Source of the DNA: Flavobacteriaceae bacterium
Lineage (GTDB): Bacteria > Bacteroidota > Bacteroidia > Flavobacteriales > Flavobacteriaceae
NCBI GenBank assembly: GCA_965224465.1
Contig: OZ245049.1
Span: forward strand, 4,320,001-4,352,000
DNA: 32,000 bases
Direction of reading: 5' to 3'
Shown: piece after piece, positions 18,401 to 26,241 of the stretch
Layout: every line of letters starts with the position of its first letter
Position numbering within the stretch: the first letter of the stretch is position 1
Made by a program: the position numbers and the translations under genes
The notes under the pieces: model-generated
What the model saw: the letters and a program-made list of their open reading frames with translations, nothing else
What the model was told of the DNA's origin: nothing
Database searches by the model: none

Positions 18401-18654
18401 CCAACAGTTTTTTCAGCAGTTTTCATCCCAACATACCTAAATACAAGTACATCTCCTTGTTTGGCAGTAATGTTGTACAAACCATCAAAATCGGTTTCTG
18501 CCCCATTATTGGTGCCTTTAACAATTACACTTACTCCTGGAAGCGGACCTGTTTCATCCGTTACTGTTCCAGAAATTTGTTTTTCCTGTGCAAAGGTGAA
18601 TTGCACAACTAACGCTAGTAGCAGCGTTAAAATTCCTTTAAACTTTGTTTTCAT
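15439..18654 (-). CDS. susC: SusC/RagA-family TonB-dependent outer-membrane transporter (pair 2, about 1071 aa)
   Basis: I placed the start at MKTKFKGILTLLLALVVQFTFAQ (ATG at 18654-18652), which is collinear with the two paralogs. The 16-codon extension in the ORF track lies in the conserved leader. The protein has a CarboxypepD_reg-like domain, a plug (LEEVVIIGYGT, VVDGVPF, TTVLKDATATAIYGSRGANGVILIQTK) and a barrel ending ...GVRVKF. Confidence 0.95.
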   Translation of the reverse strand: MKTKFKGILTLLLALVVQFTFAQEKQISGTVTDETGPLPGVSVIVKGTNNGAETDFDGLYNITAKQGDVLVFRYVGMKTAEKTVGNSKEINVVLENGNLLEEVVIIGYGTTTRQSFTGSAKVVKSDVLELKSVSNISQALAGEVAGVNVINTSGQPGTTATIRIRGFGSINGNRDPLYVVDGVPFSGSINSINPSDIASTTVLKDATATAIYGSRGANGVILIQTKTGKNGEPTMEVDVKTGYNFSYLPRYNTVSDPNEYIALSWQAMANRALDLDPTSDPVAYANKYLFNNKHGINTNYNLYNTTDVSQIIDPQTGKVRPGVTTRYTPEKWGDYGFQTSLRTEANLKMSGGNKNTKYFASFGHLDDQGYVINSNYKRLSTRLNLTHKPKEYMTANANIGYAYSETMNNGQTSDSGSVFWFIDNIPSIYPLFLRDKDGNKIPDPKFGGNIYDYGESGRGFGALTNSISDAQHNSRGNNRHSFNGNFSINIDLAENLSLENKYGVQYYSRTYNSINNPFYGSGAANNGSIYQTNSDALTQNILNLLRYSKSIKEHTVEIILAHESNQYKYNYSNASKENVVNLIHGLDQLNNYVRTSSPSEGYQLESSIESYFGQINYNYNQKYYVTGSLRRDGSSRFAKDKWGNFGSIGFSWLLNKENFMQNVQFVDFLKLKTSYGFIGDQAGVGIYSGQNSYTMNNLNNNISLGVKAVQNPNLTWETTKIFQAGTEATLFNNKLDVSFDYYIKNTDNLIFDRKMGPSIGDALIRVNDGQLRNSGFEFDITGHLIQKENFMIDFGINGEMLNNELIAMPIDPSTGKQKVLNVSGRYGRSVGHSLYDMYLREWAGVDKENGDPLWNVYYHDANGNGNIDSGEKIKSLTEYQNLNPTHKISKKTTNVYQDATQKYFGKSAIPKVRGAFRLRGRYHAFDFSTQFAYSLGGYSYDGAYAILMHNDRIGDNNWHKDIKNSWKKPGDITDVPRLISNENTNVNKASTRFVISSDYLALSNLKLGYTLKDTFVEKAGISNVNIWLAGDNLLLLSKRDGFNPSTSETGATSTYRYSPLTTITLGVRVKF

Positions 18655-19098
18655 TTGAGAAAATATTTGAATTAATTTTATTTGGACTCTACCATCTAAC
18701 ACAAGAAATTATGACCACCTAGTTGATTAGGTAGTACATGGTTGACTCGTGATAGTCTTTAGAGAACTGTAAAACTAGGGTAATTATTTATTTATGTGTT
18801 TTGGTTATTTTTACGAAATTGTCATTTATTTAACGTTATTATTAATTATCCATAACGGTTTATGTAAGCTTTATTGAATTGAAGCTTTATGAATGATATT
18901 GCTATTGAATAATAGTATAAAAATTAGAAATTATTATATTTATTGATAATGTTAATAATAGCATAAAATTATATATAAATTTAAATATTACTTGAAAAAT
19001 CTATGTTTTATGTATTGTTTACGTGTTTTGGTTTTGTGCTTTTTTGTGTATATCAGCTAATTTTTATTGTATTTTGTATGGTTTATGTGTTTTTTTTA
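18655..19098 (-). promoter_or_regulatory. conserved long AT-rich leader / upstream region of susC (pair 2)
   Basis: Homologous to 12885-13333 over about 445 nt, with several small indels. The homology ends close to where the ISL3-like remnant begins. Confidence 0.5.
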
Positions 19099-19149
19099 AT
19101 CAAAACTGTCATGTTTTAAACTTAAAACTGGAGAAGGATGGGGGTGTAT

Positions 19150-20450
19150 TTATGTGTTGGACTGATTTTTACTCTTTCATTATTCTGAAGCCTATGTTGT
19201 GTTTAATTGTTTTTACTTAGAGGAGAAAAATATTTTATAATTAAGTTTAAAAACGATAAATACCATGCTGAAGGCTTCCTTTCTGAAACTACAATTGAAG
19301 ATTTTTCTTTACGAGGGGAATCAGTTTTACTTCACATTAAATGAAGGAGCTGGTTAGTCGTTGAAAGTCAAGATGTCGTCAAAAGAGATTGGTATATAGT
19401 GATGAAAGTACTCGGGTTACTTCTGAATTCGGAGCTTTTTTAAAAGGTAGCCTTGGATAAAAATAACGTAAGCGCTAGGTTACTATAAATTTAATGGTAA
19501 AAGATTGCAATTTCTCTACAAAAATATACTAAGTGATTTTATAGATTGGTCGCAAATAGAACATGCAGAAGACTGGTTACTGTTTGAGGATAACATCTAG
19601 GTAAACACAGGAGTTTAGACGAAACAAGTCTATCTAACGGAGAGCTATACACTATCCTGACAAATAAATCAGGTAAAGGGAAAGAAAGAAGTATCGTAGC
19701 TGCAGTTAAAGGAACAAAAGCAGAAGACGTAATTTCTGTCATTAATAAAATCTCCGAGTCTAAAAAGAATATAGTTGAAGAAGTTACTGTTGATATGGCT
19801 GGAGCAATGAATTTAATAGCTAAAAGATGTTTCCTTCAAAAAAATAGTTACCGATAGGTTTCATGTACAAAAACTTGTCGTTGATGCTGTACAAGTGGTT
19901 AGAATACGTTTAAGGTGGATGATAATCGATTTAGAAAACGAATAAATCTCAATTTCAAAAAAAAACAGAAAGTTGTCTACAAACCTAAAACTCTACAGAA
20001 TGGGGGGCAAGCGACAATTACTAACTAGAAGTAGGTGTTTACTTTTCAACTCACAAGATAAATGGATGAAGAATTAAAAAGAAAGGGTTGCTATTTTTTG
20101 TTTGATTTATACCTAGTGATAAAAGGCACCTATAGTTTGACTCAAGATTTAAAATCGGTATATGAAGTTAGGAAAGGAAAAGGTGTCGCAAGAGTAAAAC
20201 TAGCGCTTTGGTACAATAATGTTGAAGGTACCGATTTAGAAATCCTTTAATGCGATAAGAAACACAATTGAACATAAGTAGGACTCCATTTTAAATTATT
20301 TTGAAAATAGAAGTTCAAATGCTTCTTATGAACGACGAAGTCCTCATCAAAGGTAATCATTTAATGCTAAGATAAAATATTTCCGAAGCGCAGTAGATGT
20401 GTTAGGGACGTCCCTTTTTTCCTGTATAGAACGAACTAACATTTAAGCCT
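19150..20450 (+). mobile_element. heavily decayed ISL3-like (ISAon1-type) transposase pseudogene
   Basis: Pieces in all three plus-strand frames follow the family order. The N-terminal pieces are YLEEKNIL, KFKNDKYHAEGFLSETTIEDFSLRGESVLLHIK* and DESTRVTSEFGAFLKG. The central pieces are DWSQIEHAEDWLLFEDNI* and DETSLSNGELYTILTNKSGKGK...VEEVTVDMAGAMNLIAKRCF (open at 19618-19854), followed by TDRFHVQKLVVDAVQVVRIRLRW. The C-terminal pieces are SILNYFENRSSNAS, FNAKIKYF and VRDVPFFLYRTN*. Many stops and frameshifts interrupt it. Listed ORF 20062..20250 is one fragment of it. Confidence 0.8.
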
Positions 20451-20544
20451 AAATATAGCATATTCCCCAGTAATTATGTAGATCCAGCTTTGTGCTTGAT
20501 CCCTTATCTGTGCTTTTTCTGCTTTCGGAGGGTACTTATTTAGC

Positions 20545-20579
20545 AAAAAAAAGCTGAACGATGGTAAGATCGTTCAGCT
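20545..20579 (-). terminator. intrinsic terminator retained downstream of the orphan susD fragment
   Basis: GCTGAACGAT-ggtaag-ATCGTTCAGC forms a perfect 10-bp stem, plus a flanking A:T pair. On the minus strand it is followed by TTTTTTTT. Confidence 0.8.
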
Positions 20580-20727
20580 TTAAGTTAGTAACACCTAATA
20601 ATCTGTGTTGATTATTTTGGATGATTCAAACAGTTGTAATTACTGTAAATAGTATGATGGTTTTATTTAGAATAAAAGCTATCTACAATTGGTTATTTAG
20701 AAATGTTTAAGTATAAAAACACTACTT

Positions 20728-21006
20728 TTAGTAACCTTTGTTTTGAACCATATTCGAATTTGCATCGAGTTCTTTATCTGGAATTGGGAATGTTAATCTT
20801 TCATCTCCGTAATTGATAGTCGCTAAGAACAGTTGTTTACTGTTTATTTTATCAATATTTCTTCCAGTTCTCATCAGGTCATCATAACGGAAACCTTCAA
20901 ACATTAATTCTTTTCTTCTTTCATTTAGAATTATATCTTCACTTAACGATGTTAGTGCTGATGCGTTTCTTTGAGAAGTAATGGAGTTAACAAATAGATG
21001 TAAAAA
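20728..21006 (-). pseudogene. orphan C-terminal fragment (about 92 codons) of a SusD/RagB-family gene
   Basis: My minus-strand translation reads FLHLFVNSITSQRNASALTSLSEDIILNERRKELMFEGFRYDDLMRTGRNIDKINSKQLFLATINYGDERLTFPIPDKELDANSNMVQNKGY*. It carries the hallmark SusD C-terminal block ERRxELxFEGxRxxDLxR and the ERLTFPIP tail. A stop lies immediately upstream (21007-21009), and no N-terminal part or partner susC exists before the next terminator at 21166. Confidence 0.8.
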
Positions 21007-21165
21007 TTAAGATTTTTATATAAAGAAAAGGAAAACGTCTTTGGTTTACATTCTATGATACATTTTGTTAAGTCATGAATCAAAACGATTTATTCTATCG
21101 TAAAGGGGTGCAATATTAATACATGTCAGGATGGTTTTTTTGTCGTTTAAATAGATGAAAACAAT

Positions 21166-21195
21166 AAAAAAGCCTTCTCAATTGAGAAGGCTTTT
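21166..21195 (-). terminator. intrinsic terminator downstream of susD (pair 3)
   Basis: GCCTTCTC-aatt-GAGAAGGC forms a perfect 8-bp stem. On the minus strand it is followed by TTTTTT. It lies 13 nt after the stop codon. Confidence 0.9.
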
Positions 21196-21207
21196 AAATG
21201 ACAGTAT

Positions 21208-22638
21208 TTATTTATTCTGTTGATTATCTGGTAAGTTAGGGTTGCTTTCAAATTCAGAAATTGGTAATTGGTAAACAAAAGTACTTTGGTCTTCTGCTGC
21301 TTTTGTTAATAGAGCGTCAGGTCTATGATTTGTGCCAGGGTAGTCCCTTGTAAAACCTTTTTTAAGTCTTTTTAAATCAAACCACGAGAACCCTTCTCCC
21401 CATAATTCGATCCTTCTTTGAGTCCAAATTTCTTCTAGTAAATCTGCTTCAGACATAGAAGGTAAAGTGTAACCGCTATCTCGAGTACTAACCATGTTAA
21501 AAAGAATTTGTGCGCCTTCATTGTTTCCTAAATGTGCTTTAGCTTCAGCTTCGATGAGGTACATTTCAGCAGCTCTCATATAGACTAGGTCACTTGCGAA
21601 ATCTCCGTTGGCATCAACGAATTTTTTGTTATTGTAATTAGGGTAAAATGCATTTTTTCTTTTGTCAGTATTTGGAATTTTGTCATAAAGTTTTTTATCA
21701 ATTGCTTTATAGGCTTTTATCAATCCTGCGTATCCGGGTGTATCTGTAGCAATATGAGAAATGAATGACGCGTATTTTCCGTTTTCGTTAAAAGATTCAA
21801 CGGTCATATCAGATCCCCACATCCATTCTGTATTTGTAATGTCATTAAAACCGCCTAAATATTGAGTTCCTGACATTAGAGGATATCCTTCATGTGCTGA
21901 TGCTGCAAGAGTTGCAGCCTTTTGCCATTCTCCCATGTCTAAATAGACTCTAGCTAAAATACCTTGAGCTACATTTTTGTTTATTATAGTTTTATTCGCT
22001 CTATTAAAACCATCCAATGCTATAATAGCCTTTTCTAAGTCTATTACTATTTGGTCATATACTTCTTTAACGCTTGCTCTTGCTTTTCCATTGGTGTCAT
22101 TTTCTAAGCATAGTGGTACTCCTAGGTCTGATTCATGTCCTAAATACGTATGTTGGTATAAACGTACTAAATAATGGTAAGAAAAAGCTCTCATTGCATA
22201 GGCTTGTCCAGCACTGTATCTAATAGATGCTGTTTCGGAGTCTAATGCCGAAACTTGAATTATTCCATTTGAAGTACTCACGATTCTATATAAGAAATTC
22301 CAGTTGTTTCTAGTTCTACTATATGCTGCTGATCTGTCTTCAATAAGGTAATCCCATCCTAACCAGTGGTGTAATACTTGTACCATGTCAGTCCCCATAA
22401 GGTCTGTTGTTATTGATATTGAGGCAAGACCAAAATAATCATCTCTGCCAGATAAGCTTTGGTCAAACAAAAAACTGTATAGGCCTGATAATGCTGCTTC
22501 ACCAGCTATTGGTGAGTTTTGTAATTGTTTAGTACCTGCGTATTCTCCAGGTGTGGTTTCAAGAAAATCTTTTTCACATCCAATAAGTGAAAAGAATAAA
22601 ATTCCGCCAATATATAATATTTTATTAAATTGTTTCAT
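21208..22638 (-). CDS. susD: SusD/RagB-family nutrient-binding outer-membrane lipoprotein (pair 3, about 476 aa)
   Basis: Lipoprotein signal MKQFNKILYIGGILFFSLIGCEKDF. I placed the start at ATG 22638-22636, because the longer ORF (to 22662) would overlap the susC stop at 22649. SusD blocks include NFLYRIVSTSNGII, AYAMRAFSYHYLVRLYQ, GILARVYLDMGEW, MRAAEMYLIEAEA and EIWTQRRIELWGEGFSWFDLKR. Confidence 0.92.
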   Translation of the reverse strand: MKQFNKILYIGGILFFSLIGCEKDFLETTPGEYAGTKQLQNSPIAGEAALSGLYSFLFDQSLSGRDDYFGLASISITTDLMGTDMVQVLHHWLGWDYLIEDRSAAYSRTRNNWNFLYRIVSTSNGIIQVSALDSETASIRYSAGQAYAMRAFSYHYLVRLYQHTYLGHESDLGVPLCLENDTNGKARASVKEVYDQIVIDLEKAIIALDGFNRANKTIINKNVAQGILARVYLDMGEWQKAATLAASAHEGYPLMSGTQYLGGFNDITNTEWMWGSDMTVESFNENGKYASFISHIATDTPGYAGLIKAYKAIDKKLYDKIPNTDKRKNAFYPNYNNKKFVDANGDFASDLVYMRAAEMYLIEAEAKAHLGNNEGAQILFNMVSTRDSGYTLPSMSEADLLEEIWTQRRIELWGEGFSWFDLKRLKKGFTRDYPGTNHRPDALLTKAAEDQSTFVYQLPISEFESNPNLPDNQQNK

Positions 22639-22648
22639 TTTGATAATT

Positions 22649-25600
22649 TTAAAATTGAACATTAATTCCTAAAGATAATGTTTTGATAGGAGCATAATTT
22701 TGACCTGTAGTACCTGAAGAATATTGTCTAGGATCTAAACCTTCTCTTTTTGACCATAATTTTAAGTTGTCTCCCACTACGTATATTCTGAAATTAGAAA
22801 TATTAATTTTGTCGGTAAAATTAGATGGTAAAGAGTATCCGAAGGTAACATTTTTTAGACTTAGGTATGATGCGTCATATAAAAAACGACTTGACCTAGA
22901 GTTTGCATCTTGAGATGAAATATCTAAACGAGGTACGCTTGTTTGTGTATTTGTTGGCGTCCATGCGTTAAAAATGTCTGTAGACCAGTTGTCTCCTGCT
23001 TCTCCAGCTCCCATTAATCCAGATTGTACACTGTCGTAAATGTCACCTCCTAATTGATAAGATAGTTGGATACCTAAATCAAAACCTTTATAATCCATTG
23101 TTGATATAAGGCCTCCGTAAAGATCAGGAAGAGCGTCTCCTGTGTATTTTTTGCTGTAGATTAATGCATCACTATATTTACTTGTCTTTATTCTTTCTCC
23201 GGTTTTTATAACATCTCCATTTTTGTCTAAGACTACCTTGTCATTGGCATCTAATTCCACAACATCTTGCCAGTATAAAGCATCTCCATTTGTTTTATCT
23301 ACACCTGCAGATTCTACCAAATAAAAACCATAGATAGAGTTTCCTTCAGATATTAGCTTTGTTCCATTTGTAATACCGTCTTTAAATTCTGGGGCTAGCT
23401 TTGTTACTTCATTTTTTACATGCGTGGCATTAATTGATAGGTTCCATCTAAATTTGTCAGAGGCAATAATGTCGGCATTTAATTCAATTTCGTAACCCCA
23501 GTTTTTCATGTCTCCAATGTTTTTTGGAACATCAGGGATACCTAAAGAAGCTGGTTTTTTAAATAAGAACAATAAATCAGTTGTTTTCTTTTCAAAGTAT
23601 TCAGCATTGAATGATACTCTATTAAATAATTTTCCTTCAAGTCCAAAGTTAAAGGAATTACTTTTTTCCCAAGTTATGTCTTTGTTTCCTGAATACGTTT
23701 TTGTTACTGTAAGCTCATTCGCTGCATTTCCTGCTACCTTGTATTGATCTAAGTATGCGTAATAGTTCCTGTTTCCTCCTGCTTCATATAAAATGGCGTC
23801 ATTACCTTGTGTACCGTAGCTACCTTTTAGTTTTAGCATTGTAATCCAAGAAGAATCTTTTAAGAAGTTTTCCTTACTAAGAATCCACCCTGCTCCAGTA
23901 GACCAAAAAGAACCCCATCTATTATCTGGGTGGAATACAGAGGAAGCGTCATATCTAAAGCTTCCTGATATGTAATATTTTTCATCATAGTTAAGTTTTA
24001 GTCTGGATAAATAACCTTCCACAGAATAATCACGGGTGTATGAGCTTAATTGTTTTGTTAAAGCAGCAAAATCAAAATTAGGATTATCAGATAATAAAAA
24101 ATTTGCTTTTGTACCATTCAAATTTTTATAATTTAAATTGTACGATTCATGACCTAATAGTAGGTCTATGTTTAAACCACCTAATTCTTTAGAGTAGTTA
24201 AATAATTGTTGGTTTGTTATTACAATTTGTCGTCCAGCGCTTTGGTATCCACTTCCATTGTCTGATCCTTCTCCTGCAGCACTACCATAGGTGTTATTTG
24301 ACCAGCTAGTATAGTTGGAATTGTAAATTTGTGCACTGTAGTTGTAGGTGAAATTAAAATCTTCTAAGAAATTATATCGGAGTGATAAATTACTGTTAAA
24401 ATTATCAGTTATTCTTTCTTTAATGTCTAATTTATTTGATGCTAGCGGGTGTATTCCTGCACCATACACTCTTGTTCCTCCGTATTCACCGTTTCCAAAA
24501 TCGTAGACTTTTTCTCCGTTATTATCGTAAATAGGTTGTCCAGTTGCTGTATATCCGTATACAGGATAAATTGGAGCAATTCCTCTAGACCATTGAAATG
24601 AATTTGTATAACTGTTTCCGCTACTTGTTGGTGTGTTGGATGTGGTATTCGAATAAGAAAGAGATGAACTTAGGGTTATGTTTTCTGTGATATTCATCTC
24701 TAGATTTAATCTTGTTGTGAGTCTTTCGAAATTAGAACGAGCTACATAACCTTCATCTGATAAATAACTTGATGAAAAGAAGTATCTTGCTTTTTCATTT
24801 CCTCCTCTAACATTTAAACTGTATTCTTTTCTAAATCCGTTATTAAAGAATTCATCTTCCCAGCTGTCTTGGTATAGCAATTTTGCGTTAGGGTTTAATT
24901 TTCCATCAACACCTACGAGTTCAGTATTTGGAACATTGTAGTTGTTGTATCCTCCTAATTCTTTAACCAAAGTGTTACTTGCGCTTTGTGCAGCTTGTGC
25001 TTCTGTTTGCCCATTGGATATGTTTCTTCCCTTGATTGCTTGCCAAAATAATTCGTAGTAATCTTTTGGTGATTTAATAATGCTATAATCATTAATTGCA
25101 CGTGAATTGATTCCTGTTTTTGCACTTAACGATACAGTCATTTTTCCGTCCTTACCTTTTTTTGTCGTGATAAGGATTACACCATTTGACCCTCTAGCTC
25201 CGTATAGTGAGTTTGCTGCAGCGTCTTTTAAAACGTTGATAGAAGCGATGTCTGATTGTGGAATAGAATTAATGTTTCCTTCAAAAGGTATTCCATCTAA
25301 TACGTATAACGGATCATTGGACGAGTTGATAGAACCAATTCCACGAATTTTAATGCTAGGAGCAGAACCTGGTTGTCCAGATGAAGCAACTACCTGCACT
25401 CCAGATATAGCTCCTTCTAATGCTTTTGCGACATTTGAGGATTGGACGTTTTTTAGGATCTCTTGTGAAACTGTTGCCACGGATCCTACAATTGATGATT
25501 TTTTTGCGGTACCGTAGGCTACTACTATAATCTCATCTAATAAATTAGAGCTTTCTAAGGTTACATTTAAGGTGGTTCCGTTACCAACTTTTTTAAAAAC

Positions 25601-25837
25601 ATCATTCATACCTACGTAGCTAAACATAAGTACATCTCCTTGTTTGGCAGTGATTTTGTACAAACCATCAAAATCGGTTTCTACCCCATTACTGGTGCCT
25701 TTAATAATTACACTTACTCCTGGAAGCGGACCTGTCTCGTCCGATACAGTTCCAGAAATTTGTTTTTCCTGTGCAAAGGTGAATTGCACAACTAACGCTA
25801 GTAGCAGCGTTAAAATCCCTTTAAACTTTGTTTTCAT
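22649..25837 (-). CDS. susC: SusC/RagA-family TonB-dependent outer-membrane transporter (pair 3, 1062 aa)
   Basis: Signal peptide MKTKFKGILTLLLALVVQFTFAQ, a CarboxypepD_reg-like domain, a plug (LDEIIVVAYGT, VLDGIPFEG, INVLKDAAANSLYGARGSNGVILITTKKG) and a barrel ending ...GINVQF. Confidence 0.95.
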   Translation of the reverse strand: MKTKFKGILTLLLALVVQFTFAQEKQISGTVSDETGPLPGVSVIIKGTSNGVETDFDGLYKITAKQGDVLMFSYVGMNDVFKKVGNGTTLNVTLESSNLLDEIIVVAYGTAKKSSIVGSVATVSQEILKNVQSSNVAKALEGAISGVQVVASSGQPGSAPSIKIRGIGSINSSNDPLYVLDGIPFEGNINSIPQSDIASINVLKDAAANSLYGARGSNGVILITTKKGKDGKMTVSLSAKTGINSRAINDYSIIKSPKDYYELFWQAIKGRNISNGQTEAQAAQSASNTLVKELGGYNNYNVPNTELVGVDGKLNPNAKLLYQDSWEDEFFNNGFRKEYSLNVRGGNEKARYFFSSSYLSDEGYVARSNFERLTTRLNLEMNITENITLSSSLSYSNTTSNTPTSSGNSYTNSFQWSRGIAPIYPVYGYTATGQPIYDNNGEKVYDFGNGEYGGTRVYGAGIHPLASNKLDIKERITDNFNSNLSLRYNFLEDFNFTYNYSAQIYNSNYTSWSNNTYGSAAGEGSDNGSGYQSAGRQIVITNQQLFNYSKELGGLNIDLLLGHESYNLNYKNLNGTKANFLLSDNPNFDFAALTKQLSSYTRDYSVEGYLSRLKLNYDEKYYISGSFRYDASSVFHPDNRWGSFWSTGAGWILSKENFLKDSSWITMLKLKGSYGTQGNDAILYEAGGNRNYYAYLDQYKVAGNAANELTVTKTYSGNKDITWEKSNSFNFGLEGKLFNRVSFNAEYFEKKTTDLLFLFKKPASLGIPDVPKNIGDMKNWGYEIELNADIIASDKFRWNLSINATHVKNEVTKLAPEFKDGITNGTKLISEGNSIYGFYLVESAGVDKTNGDALYWQDVVELDANDKVVLDKNGDVIKTGERIKTSKYSDALIYSKKYTGDALPDLYGGLISTMDYKGFDLGIQLSYQLGGDIYDSVQSGLMGAGEAGDNWSTDIFNAWTPTNTQTSVPRLDISSQDANSRSSRFLYDASYLSLKNVTFGYSLPSNFTDKINISNFRIYVVGDNLKLWSKREGLDPRQYSSGTTGQNYAPIKTLSLGINVQF

Positions 25838-26187
25838 TTGTAAAATTGTTTGAATTAATTTTATTTGGATGCTTTAGTATTCGAATAACATCTGCATTAT
25901 ATTTGGGGCTATCTGAACAGTTGTTTTCGATAAACTTAGTATTAAGTAGATGTTAAACTCCTAATAAAGTTGCGTAAACTTAGTGTATATAATTTCAATA
26001 TTAAAATTTTGAAGGATTGATTTGTTAATTTTTTTAACGTTTTTATTGTTGTTTATCGGGTGTTATTGATTAAATCCTAAGAATAAGTTTATGTTTTTGT
26101 GATTTTGGCTTTAGTAATTGAAAAATTAACATTTTTTTTGGTTTTTAATGATGTTATGATAATTTTCGTTTTCACTGAGTTATTCAT
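25838..26187 (-). promoter_or_regulatory. shorter leader / upstream region of susC (pair 3) sharing sequence islands with the other two leaders
   Basis: Shared islands on the plus strand are TTTGAATTAATTTTATTTGGA just upstream of the ATG, TTTAACG(G/T)T..ATTGTT...TTAT(C/G)GGGTGTTATTGA, and TTTATGTTTT.GT...TTTTGGCTTT. The region runs directly into the terminator of the upstream unit. Confidence 0.4.
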
Positions 26188-26218
26188 AAAAAAAGCCACT
26201 GGATAATTATCCAGTGGC
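26188..26218 (-). terminator. intrinsic terminator closing the pair-4 unit
   Basis: GCCACTGGATAATTATCCAGTGGC is a perfect 24-nt palindrome. On the minus strand it is followed by TTTTTTT. It lies 23 nt after the stop of 26242..27396. Confidence 0.9.
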
Positions 26219-26241
26219 TTGTTTATTATAAGTATTAATTG

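Noticed and set aside
18655-18702. A 16-codon N-terminal extension of susC pair 2 (MLDGRVQIKLIQIFSQ…). There are similar extensions on rlmB (8203-8274) and on susD pair 3 (22639-22662).
   Set aside because: The paralogs start exactly at MKTKF…, and the extension lies in the leader that is non-coding in the other copies. The rlmB extension runs into repeat DNA. The susD extension would overlap the susC stop and push the lipoprotein signal peptide away from the N-terminus.
19023-19220. A 65-aa plus-strand ORF (MFWFCAFLCISANFYC…) lies in the pair-2 leader.
   Set aside because: It is a low-complexity Phe/Cys/Leu-rich translation of T-rich DNA, and the homologous pair-1 leader does not keep the frame. 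Its 3' end merges with the start of the IS remnant.
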